This document shows positions 26,379-35,314 of a stretch of 64,000 bases of DNA, one piece after another; the first letter of the stretch is position 1, and each line of letters starts with the position of its first letter. Where the stretch lies: positions 1-64,000 of IMG/VR virus record IMGVR_UViG_3300025585_000039. One strand, written 5' to 3'. The translations under genes were made by a program, and so were the position numbers. This DNA is from a virus. The notes under the pieces were generated by a model. The model was given only the letters and a program-made list of their open reading frames with translations. It did not search any database and was not told the origin of the DNA.

Positions 26379-27248
26379 CTAGTGAACTGCTTTGGTGGTA
26401 GCAGTATATCTTCTAGCATCAATTTGATTAAAATTTAATTTTTCTGGATCATATTGAACATCATTAGTTTCAAATGGTAGTGGTTCTAAACTTTTGAAAT
26501 CAAAGTTGTGTCTTGTGCAGAAATCATCTACCGTTAAGTCCCTGCCAAGAATTGATCCACAGCAATTAATACCAGTCCTTAGCATTGTGATTGCTTCATT
26601 GTAATTATGATTTATTGAAAATGGTACGTACAGTGTTTCCATAGTTGGCTTACCAGCAAGAGTATAAAAATCTGTGGGCATTGCAAAAACTGGAATACCC
26701 CTTGTAAATAAATCTAGGGATAGGACTTCTTCCACACCATTATATTTTATATAACTTGGATAGTTAAGATTAGACATTGTTTTCTTATCACCAAATATTA
26801 GATCCCTATCAATAAAATCTGTTTGAACAATTTCAGAAGTTTCAATTTTTTCTTTTTGTATATAGAATACATTCTTTGCGGATATAGCAACTTGGTGATT
26901 ACCAGAAATTATCTGATTTGGCTTACACGCCTCAATTAGTTTTACATCCCAATCCTTAGACAACATAACATTGTCCGACAACAACATAAAATATTTTGAT
27001 TTGGACCACATTGCATTTGATGCTCTTAGGGCTGAATGATTTGTAATCCAATCCCAGAATAGGTGCTTATATCCAACACCCATTTTTTCAAAGGTATCTT
27101 TTCTATCTAGTGGATGTTGATCATATATACCTATACCAATTGAATGTTTCTTACTTGAATTATCTATAATCTGTTGAATAACATCTTTAAGATGTTTACC
27201 CTTATAAGAATAAATAAAAATATTTATGTCTACATTATTCATCGTCAT
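26379..27248 (-). CDS. GT-A fold glycosyltransferase-like protein (GT60/Skp1 GlcNAc-transferase-like)
   Basis: IFIYSYK...IGIYDQ...R...KYFM...WD..LI...EE..SL..FT.G pattern; DxH motif degenerate (SDN). Confidence 0.55.
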   Translation of the reverse strand: MTMNNVDINIFIYSYKGKHLKDVIQQIIDNSSKKHSIGIGIYDQHPLDRKDTFEKMGVGYKHLFWDWITNHSALRASNAMWSKSKYFMLLSDNVMLSKDWDVKLIEACKPNQIISGNHQVAISAKNVFYIQKEKIETSEIVQTDFIDRDLIFGDKKTMSNLNYPSYIKYNGVEEVLSLDLFTRGIPVFAMPTDFYTLAGKPTMETLYVPFSINHNYNEAITMLRTGINCCGSILGRDLTVDDFCTRHNFDFKSLEPLPFETNDVQYDPEKLNFNQIDARRYTATTKAVH

Positions 27249-28005
27249 GCTTGACTTCTTTCATCAATGCATTTTTGATACCATAAATCTTACGTCTCCA
27301 AGCAGTTTCTTTATAATAACCATATAGTCTGGATCTTCGATTCTCTGCCATAAACTCATGTCTTTCTAAATCTGAATCTTTTTCTGCTAATTCCATTTCC
27401 CAGTTTTCTCGTTTAAATGGTATCATTTGAAATATTGGTGTTCCCTTTGGAATTGTTCCAATGAAATTTTTCTTTAAAAAGAATGCGGTAAATACTGGTA
27501 GTCCCCAAATATCAGCCTCAACAACGCCAGACATTGTATAGAATGGAAGGTCGTGTCTATTCATTGGGTGGGTAATAAGAACAGAGTATCCAGGTGGTGT
27601 TTCATAATACCAGTTCATTCTCCATCCGTAATGGATTGGATGACACCCATCTGGCACTGGTAATTCAATCGTTGGTCTTTTATCAACCATCATTACTTCA
27701 CCATTCCAAGACACAATTGGCTTACCGTGCTTGGTTTGATCTACGTGAACATCATCTTCTAGGACATAGTGATATCCACCAGTCATGGCATCAAAGAATG
27801 GCATACACATTTTAGTAGCAACCATTGCTCCGTCTGCACCAATATTATTTTTTACACCAAGAGTAATATCATCATTTGACTTATCAAACTTTGCAAGACT
27901 TCTGTACCATTCAGGCACATTCTTTACCGCTGGCTCTGGTGGCGTAAGTCTATGCTCATAACCAGTAAAGGCTGGTGTAAATTTAATAATGTTAGGATCT
28001 GTCAC
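27235..28005 (-). CDS. conserved phage protein (DUF6065-like, dUTPase-like fold)
   Basis: P.WY...K.CMPF.DAMT.GY...TPPGYS.L..HP...KGTP..Q.IPFKRE.W. Confidence 0.6.
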   Translation of the reverse strand: MTDPNIIKFTPAFTGYEHRLTPPEPAVKNVPEWYRSLAKFDKSNDDITLGVKNNIGADGAMVATKMCMPFFDAMTGGYHYVLEDDVHVDQTKHGKPIVSWNGEVMMVDKRPTIELPVPDGCHPIHYGWRMNWYYETPPGYSVLITHPMNRHDLPFYTMSGVVEADIWGLPVFTAFFLKKNFIGTIPKGTPIFQMIPFKRENWEMELAEKDSDLERHEFMAENRRSRLYGYYKETAWRRKIYGIKNALMKEVKHDDE

Positions 28006-28724
28006 TTAAATTCTTTCTTTGCTCTATATTTATTTTTATAAGAGTGAACAAAATTACTTCTAAGTTTAAATCTTTGTTTTGTTAATTCTGCTGATGATTC
28101 AGAAGTTGGAACTAACTCCATCTTCCAATCTTCACGTTTAAATGGGATGACTTGAACAAGAGGTGTTCCTTGTTTAATTACACCCTTAAAATCTTTTTCA
28201 ATAAGAATAGATAGGTGACCATCTGTAATAAACTTATCTGTGTCAATGAATCCCTGTATTGCTAAGAAAGGTAAGTGATCTTTGTGCAAGGGATGCATGA
28301 AAAGTGTGCTATAACCTTCTGGTGTTTTAACTGCCCAGAATGGCATAACTCTAAACAATTGTTTGTGATACTTATTAGTATCGATTGGATAATGATCGTA
28401 TTGTTCTGGAGCATGTACAGCAAACATATCATTAACAAATTGCTTCATCGTCAACGGAACTGAGAACTCAATCTTTGCTGGGTTTGTTGCATCAATATAA
28501 ACATCGCATGGAAACGGAATGACATACCCTGCTGTCATAGCATCAAAAATTGGCATACAACGTTTAATAGTTGATGATAATTCTCCCTTTGGAAGGAACT
28601 CGTCATCCCTTACAGATGCTGGCTGTCTCTTATACCAGTCTGGTGTATTTTTGATTGCTGGTGTTGGTTCTGGTGCGAAAAATGTTGTTCTTTCGCTAAA
28701 CGGATAAAACCGAATGATGTTCAT
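28002..28724 (-). CDS. conserved phage protein (DUF6065-like), tandem paralog
   Basis: same motif set as 27235..28005. Confidence 0.6.
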   Translation of the reverse strand: MNIIRFYPFSERTTFFAPEPTPAIKNTPDWYKRQPASVRDDEFLPKGELSSTIKRCMPIFDAMTAGYVIPFPCDVYIDATNPAKIEFSVPLTMKQFVNDMFAVHAPEQYDHYPIDTNKYHKQLFRVMPFWAVKTPEGYSTLFMHPLHKDHLPFLAIQGFIDTDKFITDGHLSILIEKDFKGVIKQGTPLVQVIPFKREDWKMELVPTSESSAELTKQRFKLRSNFVHSYKNKYRAKKEFK

Positions 28725-29385
28725 AGAACTCCTTTACTCTATTAACAATTATATCATCTGCCTCAAAAACCATATCAAACATTGGCTGTTGTCTTTTAAT
28801 TTTGCCAAAATTCTCATTGATCATATGGGGTCCAACTTTTTTAAAGGCAAATGTAACAAATGCTGGCTCAATATATTTTTCATCGCCAGTGGTTTTTGTA
28901 TAACTATATTCTGTTGGATTAATATAGAATGGTGAGGCAGCGTCTGGTTTTTCAAACCTCACATTGATGTTTTCATCTATAAACCACGGAACATAAAACT
29001 TATAAAAAGAATTAAAACAATCATCTGTCAAATCAAAGGTTTCTTTGGTTTGATAGTATTGCCTTATCCATGGACGATCTAAATTAAAAAATGCCCTAGT
29101 GTGTTGTCTTACTAGCAAAAAGAATTCAGCATGATTTCCCTGCCTAAGTCTAACTGTATTGTTTTCAATCGATACAAGTTTTGGTGCTGGGTATAAATTC
29201 CTTACATAGTTGTTGATTGGCTTGATTATTGAGTCTTTATATTCACTCTGCATGACTTTAGAATATGTAATCCAATTTATATTTACCCTGGATTTTTCAC
29301 TAATATCAGAAAAAACTGGGTCCCATGTTTCTTGCCAAATATGAAAATTATATTTTTGATCTGTTAGGATTTCTGGTCCTTGCAT
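28696..29385 (-). CDS. hypothetical protein
   Basis: long ORF; promoter TGGTATAAT and leader GTCGAAAGG. Confidence 0.75.
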   Translation of the reverse strand: MQGPEILTDQKYNFHIWQETWDPVFSDISEKSRVNINWITYSKVMQSEYKDSIIKPINNYVRNLYPAPKLVSIENNTVRLRQGNHAEFFLLVRQHTRAFFNLDRPWIRQYYQTKETFDLTDDCFNSFYKFYVPWFIDENINVRFEKPDAASPFYINPTEYSYTKTTGDEKYIEPAFVTFAFKKVGPHMINENFGKIKRQQPMFDMVFEADDIIVNRVKEFYEHHSVLSV

Positions 29386-29428
29386 TACAAAACCTTTCGA
29401 CAACTCATTATACCAACACATTCATCAG

Positions 29429-29500
29429 AGCCTCCTGTAGGATTTGAACCTACGACAACTCGCTTACAAGGCGAGTACTCTACCCCTGAGTTAAGGAGGC
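29429..29500 (-). tRNA. tRNA-Thr(UGU)
   Basis: CTCGC-CTTGTAA-GCGAG; GGTTCAAATCC. Confidence 0.92.
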
Positions 29501-29501
29501 G

Positions 29502-29573
29502 TAGCCCTAGAGAGAATTGAACTCTCGTTTCCAGATTGAAAATCTGATGTCCTAACCACTAGACGATAGGGCC
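29502..29573 (-). tRNA. tRNA-Glu(UUC)
   Basis: TCAGA-TTTTCAA-TCTGG; GAGTTCAATTCTC. Confidence 0.9.
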
Positions 29574-29577
29574 TAAG

Positions 29578-29651
29578 CGATCCCGAACGGACTTGAACCG
29601 TCGACCTCTTCCGTGACAGGGAAGCGTTCTAACCAACTGAACTACGGGACC
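29578..29651 (-). tRNA. tRNA-Asp(GUC)
   Basis: CTTCC-CTGTCAC-GGAAG; GGTTCAAGTCC. Confidence 0.92.
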
Positions 29652-29655
29652 TCAG

Positions 29656-29726
29656 AGCGAATAGGGAGAATCGAACTCCCACCTTCTGCTTGGAAGGCAG
29701 AGGCACTACCATTATGCAACATTCGC
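29656..29726 (-). tRNA. tRNA-Gly(UCC)
   Basis: TCTGC-CTTCCAA-GCAGA; GAGTTCGATTCTC. Confidence 0.92.
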
Positions 29727-29727
29727 A

Positions 29728-29836
29728 GTGTCTAACTTTGTTGTTGCGTCCTAGTTAGACTTAGGCACAGAGGCAGTGCACTGCATGTGATGATGTGTGA
29801 CCGACACTTTCGTGTTACAGGGACAAACATACGCTA
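29728..29836 (-). ncRNA. candidate structured spacer RNA inside the tRNA cluster
   Basis: ACAC-GAAA-GTGT tetraloop hairpin; GTCTAACT/AGTTAGAC stem with possible pseudoknot. Confidence 0.35.
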
Positions 29837-29838
29837 TG

Positions 29839-29911
29839 CTGGTCTGGCAGGTCTCGATCCTGCGACATCTCGATTAACAGTCGAGTGTTCTACCAACTGA
29901 ACTACAGACCA
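29839..29911 (-). tRNA. tRNA-Asn(GUU)
   Basis: CTCGA-CTGTTAA-TCGAG; atypical T-loop ATCGAGA. Confidence 0.88.
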
Positions 29912-29918
29912 AAACCTT

Positions 29919-30683
29919 TTATGCTGCTGCTTTTACAATTTTAGATGTAACTGCATCAGATGACCACATTGCTGCAAGTGCTGCAGTGGCAGATGAAGAT
30001 GTATGTGCTACTAAGCCAATAGTAGTTGAATAACTAAACTTAGATCCATCATCAGAGATTTTTACAAAGTAATCTGTATCAGCATTAAACTGTCCAAGTG
30101 CACTTCCAACTTCATTGGCATGTACTACTGAAGCAGTATCTACAATGCATGCTGGATAGTTTACTGGCTTAGCCTTGTCATTGCCAGTAGATGCAAAAAC
30201 CAAAATACCTTTTTGCTTTAACACTGTAATAATTCTCTTAATTTCTTTATCTGCTGTATCTGGTGTCCATGGTGCAGATGCAATTGGCATACATGGTTTA
30301 GTTGCATGATTAAAATATCTTGAAAATGAGACAGCCTTTACCATAGATGCATTCTTTTCAACCCACTGCAAAGACGAGATAAATTGTGCTGGAGTCATTT
30401 CTGTTTTTGCATTTGCTCCACAAATTGCAATAATATTTAATGCTGGATTTTGCAATTTTGCAACAGCGTACATTGCTGTACCATGATTGTATGGGCTTGA
30501 TGCCAACGCACCAGAAATAGGTGCAGTTTGTGGACAAGATGTTCCAGATGGTGTAATTGGATTCAGTGCAACATTAGACTGAAAATAAGAATCAATAATG
30601 ACAAGAGACTTAGTATCTGCCTGTGCTTGAACTGGTACTACAACTGAAAATAGTATTGCTACTAGTGCTATGATTTTTTTCAT
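29919..30683 (-). CDS. secreted subtilisin-like (S8) peptidase
   Basis: signal peptide; IIDS, NHGT, STGND, TS.SAT catalytic-type motifs. Confidence 0.75.
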   Translation of the reverse strand: MKKIIALVAILFSVVVPVQAQADTKSLVIIDSYFQSNVALNPITPSGTSCPQTAPISGALASSPYNHGTAMYAVAKLQNPALNIIAICGANAKTEMTPAQFISSLQWVEKNASMVKAVSFSRYFNHATKPCMPIASAPWTPDTADKEIKRIITVLKQKGILVFASTGNDKAKPVNYPACIVDTASVVHANEVGSALGQFNADTDYFVKISDDGSKFSYSTTIGLVAHTSSSATAALAAMWSSDAVTSKIVKAAA

Positions 30684-30699
30684 TTTATTCCTTTTGCTC

Positions 30700-30906
30700 T
30701 TACGATATCATCAATCTGATGACATGACAACATGGGTCGCCTCCTGCTTCCCATTCTTCTAACTCTTCCTCACCCATATATTCGTATCCGCCATCGTGGG
30801 TATTGCAATATGGGGGTGTTACCCAACCACGATCAATACCATTAGAAAGCCAAATACCAAACTCTGTTTCCTCTGGAGATAAATCTTCTTCATGTGTGTG
30901 ATTCAT
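30700..30906 (-). CDS. small acidic protein
   Basis: CNTHDG...GGDPCCHV; leaderless start. Confidence 0.75.
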   Translation of the reverse strand: MNHTHEEDLSPEETEFGIWLSNGIDRGWVTPPYCNTHDGGYEYMGEEELEEWEAGGDPCCHVIRLMIS

Positions 30907-30919
30907 ACTATTAATTCTA

Positions 30920-32566
30920 CTACTTACCGTTCCACTTGTCAAGTTCTTTTTTGAGCATATCTAGCCCCATAGGACCTAATTTCAATGCGTACATATGCCA
31001 TTTTTTGAGATTAAAATTGTCACCTAATTTAGTTTTTGATTTTTCTCTGGCTTCGAGCCAAATACGCTCACCAAGTTTATAGGTGATTGCTTGTCCTGCC
31101 CAAGAAATATATCTTTTAACTTCATTAACAGCATAGTCATGTGTTAATAATGCTTGCTCTTCCATAAATTTTACAGCCAAGTCTGGTGTCCATGTTTCAC
31201 CATATGGACTTTCATATTCTAAGTGCAACCCAATATCAACAACTAACCTTGCTGCTCTCATTGCTTGGCAAAGTAAGTATCCCATTTTATATCCAGGATC
31301 TTCAAAATAGCCAAGTTCATCCATTAGTGTTTCTGCATATAAAGCCCATCCTTCACCATACCCAGAATTCCAAGCATCTTCTCTTTGATATCTTGTCAGT
31401 GTTTCTTTGTTGTATGTTGCAGTTGCAATTTGCATATGATGGCCAGGCACTGACTCATGGAACCATGTCGAATAATTTTCCCATGTTGTAAACTTTGTAC
31501 GTCCCAATGTTGGATAATATGTTCTTCCTGGTCTCTCTAAATCATCTGAAGGTCCTTTGTAATATGGAGATTCATCAATAGTATCTTCATCCATGATCAC
31601 TTCACATTTACGAATAACAGCAGGAATTGTAAAATACTCACCACTTAGATCCGCAATTGCTTGCTTAGTTATTTTATCTAAAAACTTTTTAAAATTATCT
31701 TTGCCCTCGATGGTGTAGTCTGGACTATTATTTAAAAAATTTGCAACCTCTGTCAAGGACTTGGCATCTGGTTTAATTTTTTTGGCAACATCCCACATCT
31801 GCTTATGAATATTTTCTAAATCTTTGAAGCCAGAAGCATATACCTTTTTAGGATTAATCATTAAACCAGTTTGAGACTTTACTAGTTTTATGTATCTTTC
31901 TTCACCCACAGCAAACTTATCTAAACAGGTAGGAAGGTATTTAAGTTCTAACCAAGTAGAGACTTGCTCACATGCGATCTGCGCTTCCTTTGCAGCCTTT
32001 AAAAGTCTTTTGTCAGCATCATCAATATCTTTGGCAATTTTAACAAACAAACCTTCTGCATAATTATTTAAAATATCAATCAAATATTCAACACGTAACT
32101 TAATTCCAGGCTGACCCAATGCTGATACGTCTTTCAGTGATGAGACCCATTGTGTAAGTGCCGTTGGAATTTTTTCCATACGCTTAATAATATTTAAAAC
32201 ATCTTTCCTTGTTTCTTTAGGCATGACCTCAAAAACTTCAAACATGGATTGTGGCTCTGAAAAAACTGAGCCGAAGTTTACATAGTTCCAATTGTCATCA
32301 GCATCTTCTATGTAATCATTAATATCAAACAAGATAACCTTTTTTGCAATCTCATCATAGCGATCAATTGGCTCTACCTCGCTGATTTGTTTGTAATATT
32401 TTTTTGCTATCTTTAAAAATGGGTCTACCTCATGGTAGGCATAGTCGTTCCAGTCTGAATTTTGGTCTGTATCATTGGCAAAGGTTGAAGCGATAGCATC
32501 ATATTCTAAAGACTTAAGGCTATATTCTTCAGACAGCCTAAAAATTTCTGATCGATGCCTTGCCAT
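30920..32566 (-). CDS. DUF885 family protein (putative metallopeptidase)
   Basis: HESVPGHHMQ, EGWALYAE, RAARLVVDIGLH, EV.RY...GQA.TYK.G. Confidence 0.9.
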   Translation of the reverse strand: MARHRSEIFRLSEEYSLKSLEYDAIASTFANDTDQNSDWNDYAYHEVDPFLKIAKKYYKQISEVEPIDRYDEIAKKVILFDINDYIEDADDNWNYVNFGSVFSEPQSMFEVFEVMPKETRKDVLNIIKRMEKIPTALTQWVSSLKDVSALGQPGIKLRVEYLIDILNNYAEGLFVKIAKDIDDADKRLLKAAKEAQIACEQVSTWLELKYLPTCLDKFAVGEERYIKLVKSQTGLMINPKKVYASGFKDLENIHKQMWDVAKKIKPDAKSLTEVANFLNNSPDYTIEGKDNFKKFLDKITKQAIADLSGEYFTIPAVIRKCEVIMDEDTIDESPYYKGPSDDLERPGRTYYPTLGRTKFTTWENYSTWFHESVPGHHMQIATATYNKETLTRYQREDAWNSGYGEGWALYAETLMDELGYFEDPGYKMGYLLCQAMRAARLVVDIGLHLEYESPYGETWTPDLAVKFMEEQALLTHDYAVNEVKRYISWAGQAITYKLGERIWLEAREKSKTKLGDNFNLKKWHMYALKLGPMGLDMLKKELDKWNGK

Positions 32567-32668
32567 TTTATCCTCTTTAGGTAGTAGTAAACCCCCCATT
32601 AAGGATGGGGCATACATATAGTATACCAGCCCTTAAGGGGGGTGTCAATTACCACTATTAATGATTAA

Positions 32669-32968
32669 TTAACCCTTTTTTGATCGTGATCTACGCTCTT
32701 CAACCACCATGTCTTCTACGGTAATTGCATTTTTGTCTACAGTAGAGAATGCTGAATTAATCTCATCGATAGTTAGTTTGCCATCGTCCATAAATGCACG
32801 AGCCAACTTTTCAACTACTGCTGCAACTGCTGTCAAACCAGCAACGGTAACTGCCTTAATTGTAGAGATACCAGCAATAGCACCAGCACCAATGACTGCA
32901 AGGCCATTAGCAGCAAAGACTGCCACGATACGCATAATAATATTCCAAATATTTTTTACACCTTTCAT
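32669..32968 (-). CDS. membrane protein with EF-hand-like DDGKLT..E motif
   Basis: two hydrophobic segments, then DDGKLTIDEIN. Confidence 0.7.
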   Translation of the reverse strand: MKGVKNIWNIIMRIVAVFAANGLAVIGAGAIAGISTIKAVTVAGLTAVAAVVEKLARAFMDDGKLTIDEINSAFSTVDKNAITVEDMVVEERRSRSKKG

Positions 32969-32969
32969 T

Positions 32970-33176
32970 CTAGTCCTCCTTTCTCAATGGAATGGATATT
33001 AACCAAACCACTGTAGTAATAAGAATTGCTATACCAACAATATCTCTTGCTGATCCTGTAAGGGTTAGCCAAGCAATAAAAAATCCAAGGAGAGTAAATG
33101 CTTGAGCAATTATTTCTACACCTGCATCTTTTAGCCATGTCATGAATCCCTTTATAACTTTCTTAATCATTTTCAT
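32970..33176 (-). CDS. small two-TM protein
   Basis: FTLLGFFIAWLTLTGSARDIVG. Confidence 0.75.
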   Translation of the reverse strand: MKMIKKVIKGFMTWLKDAGVEIIAQAFTLLGFFIAWLTLTGSARDIVGIAILITTVVWLISIPLRKED

Positions 33177-33178
33177 AT

Positions 33179-35212
33179 TTACCTCCTCATACCAATAATC
33201 GTACTTGCAATTTGAGATACAATGACTACTGGGATTATTACCTCTTGTGCTTTTTCTCTCTGATCGTCTGTCATATCCATACCTAACTCAGAGAAATTAG
33301 ATAGGAGTTCTAGTGGGTCTACATTAAATAATGCACCAAGTGGATCTTCTAAAAATGCTTCTGCTTGTACCTCTGTAACAGCGTCTGCCAATGTAAATGG
33401 CATTGGGGTATCTCCAGCATCACTTGCTCTTGCTGAAAACTCAACAAATGCTTCTGCAAGTGCTGGATTAGATTTCATTTGATTTGCAATTTGTCCAATT
33501 TCTGATGTTTTAATACCAAGATCTTTTGCAACCTCAGCCTTTGCCTCTTGAGTTAAGGTTTGCAGTGTTTGGCTAACTGCTGCTATTTGTTCGGCAGAAA
33601 GTTTAACTAATTTATTATCTTTGCTTGTAAGGTTTGCAATAACTCCAGATAAATCTTCTGTTGTTCCAGTACCCTTTTCTGGAATAAGTGCTGCCAATTC
33701 TTCATCTTTTATTTCAGGATTAGTGGTTGGTTCGGTAGTTGGCTCTACTGTTGGTTCTGGGCCAGGTGTAGGCTCTGGAGTTGGATCTATTATAGGCTCT
33801 GTTGTAGGTTCTACCGTTGGCTCTGGAGTTGGCTCTGGGGTAGGATCAATTGTTGGTTCTGGATCTGGGGTAACTTCAGGTGTAGGTTCTGGGGTAGGTT
33901 CTGGAGAAACTTCTGGAGTAGGTTCAGGTGTTGGATCTACGATAATTGTTGGTTCTGGAGTAGGCTGATTTGCTGCTGCATTGGCTGCTGCTTGTGCAAT
34001 TGCAATTTGAATTTCTCTTTCTTTTTGTTTATTATAATATTCCCATGCATCTTCTATAGCATTATTCATATCTATTATTGCTTGATTGTAATTATCATTA
34101 GCAGTATTCTTATTAGATAATGCATTTTCTGTATTTGTAACAGAAGTATTATATGCTGTTATTTTTTCCTGTAAAGTTTGATTATATGTTGTTAGTGTAG
34201 AATTGGCACTATTATATGCAGTAACTTTATTATTATAATTTGTTTGTGCTGTTGCTTGATCTTCTACTGCTTGATTATATGCATTAGTCTGTGCCTGTGT
34301 TGGTCCAGAACCAGAAGAAAAAGTATTTAAATTGCAACTAAAACCTACACCCCAACCACCAGTATAGTCACATCCTGCTCCAGTCCATCCTCCAGGAATA
34401 GCCCATCCAAGATAATAAGATCCTGGACCACCACCGTTATACCACCAAATTTCTACATCTAATGTTTTATTTTGGCTAACATCATATACTGGTGAATAAG
34501 CACTCCATCTTGCTCCCTGTTCTACCCAGTTATCAATTGCTAATTGACCATTGACATACATTTTAAAACCATCGTCTGTATACCCTGCAAAATAAGTTGA
34601 AGTCCAATGAGATGGAACTGTAATCTTTCCAGTAAACTTAACTACTATATTTTCATATCTATTACCACAGACTGGCAGGTACATAGAATTTGAATTCCAG
34701 GTACCAGAACAAATAACAGAATCTGGTACTGCTATGCTTGGCCAAACCCTAGCAAGGTTATAAACTGTGTATTGAAGTCCTTGACCACTAGCAGATTGCA
34801 TATTTGCTTGGGTTGTTTGAACATTAATGTTTGCTAGATCTAGGGTATCTTGAGCAGCATTCTTTGCAGATAGTGCTGTTGCTACCGTTGAAGTTTGACC
34901 ATCAACTGCAGATTGTGCCAAAGTCTTTTCTTCAAGTGCAACCGCTTGAGCATTTACTGCATCTTCATAGGCTTGGTTTGCTGCATCTCTTGAGTCTCGT
35001 GCTGATACGGCAGCATCATATTTATTTTCTGCTATATCTATTAGGTTTACAAAATCAGTCTGATAGTTTAAGTCATCAACGCTGTTATTAAGTTTTGTTA
35101 TTTCTTGTGCAGCAACTGATATAGGGTCGTCTGAATTAGCGTCTGTAGGGGCTATTAAAAGCCATCCAAAGGCTAATATGGTGGCTGTTGCTATGCGTAT
35201 TAATCGTTTTAT
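33179..35212 (-). CDS. secreted PA14-domain, coiled-coil, Pro-rich surface protein (probable AUA start)
   Basis: frame open 97 codons upstream of the track start and encodes a signal peptide; PA14 motif TDDGF.MY.NG...W.EQ...WWYNGGG; PTPE repeats; C-terminal hydrophobic anchor. Confidence 0.8.
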   Translation of the reverse strand: MKRLIRIATATILAFGWLLIAPTDANSDDPISVAAQEITKLNNSVDDLNYQTDFVNLIDIAENKYDAAVSARDSRDAANQAYEDAVNAQAVALEEKTLAQSAVDGQTSTVATALSAKNAAQDTLDLANINVQTTQANMQSASGQGLQYTVYNLARVWPSIAVPDSVICSGTWNSNSMYLPVCGNRYENIVVKFTGKITVPSHWTSTYFAGYTDDGFKMYVNGQLAIDNWVEQGARWSAYSPVYDVSQNKTLDVEIWWYNGGGPGSYYLGWAIPGGWTGAGCDYTGGWGVGFSCNLNTFSSGSGPTQAQTNAYNQAVEDQATAQTNYNNKVTAYNSANSTLTTYNQTLQEKITAYNTSVTNTENALSNKNTANDNYNQAIIDMNNAIEDAWEYYNKQKEREIQIAIAQAAANAAANQPTPEPTIIVDPTPEPTPEVSPEPTPEPTPEVTPDPEPTIDPTPEPTPEPTVEPTTEPIIDPTPEPTPGPEPTVEPTTEPTTNPEIKDEELAALIPEKGTGTTEDLSGVIANLTSKDNKLVKLSAEQIAAVSQTLQTLTQEAKAEVAKDLGIKTSEIGQIANQMKSNPALAEAFVEFSARASDAGDTPMPFTLADAVTEVQAEAFLEDPLGALFNVDPLELLSNFSELGMDMTDDQREKAQEVIIPVVIVSQIASTIIGMRR
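33722..33966 (-). repeat. Pro/Thr/Glu linker repeats (PTPEPT)n
   Basis: many PTPE/PEPT units in the translation. Confidence 0.9.
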
Positions 35213-35267
35213 TTGCCTTCCCCCTTGCAGACGAATGTCTGATAGGATGATTATACCATTTTATTGC

Positions 35268-35300
35268 AAAAAAAGAGGGCCAGTATATAACTGACCCTCT
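35268..35300 (-). terminator. intrinsic terminator
   Basis: AGAGGGTCAGT-loop-ACTGGCCCTCT followed by a T-run on the - strand. Confidence 0.85.
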
Positions 35301-35314
35301 AATTTATAAGTTAA

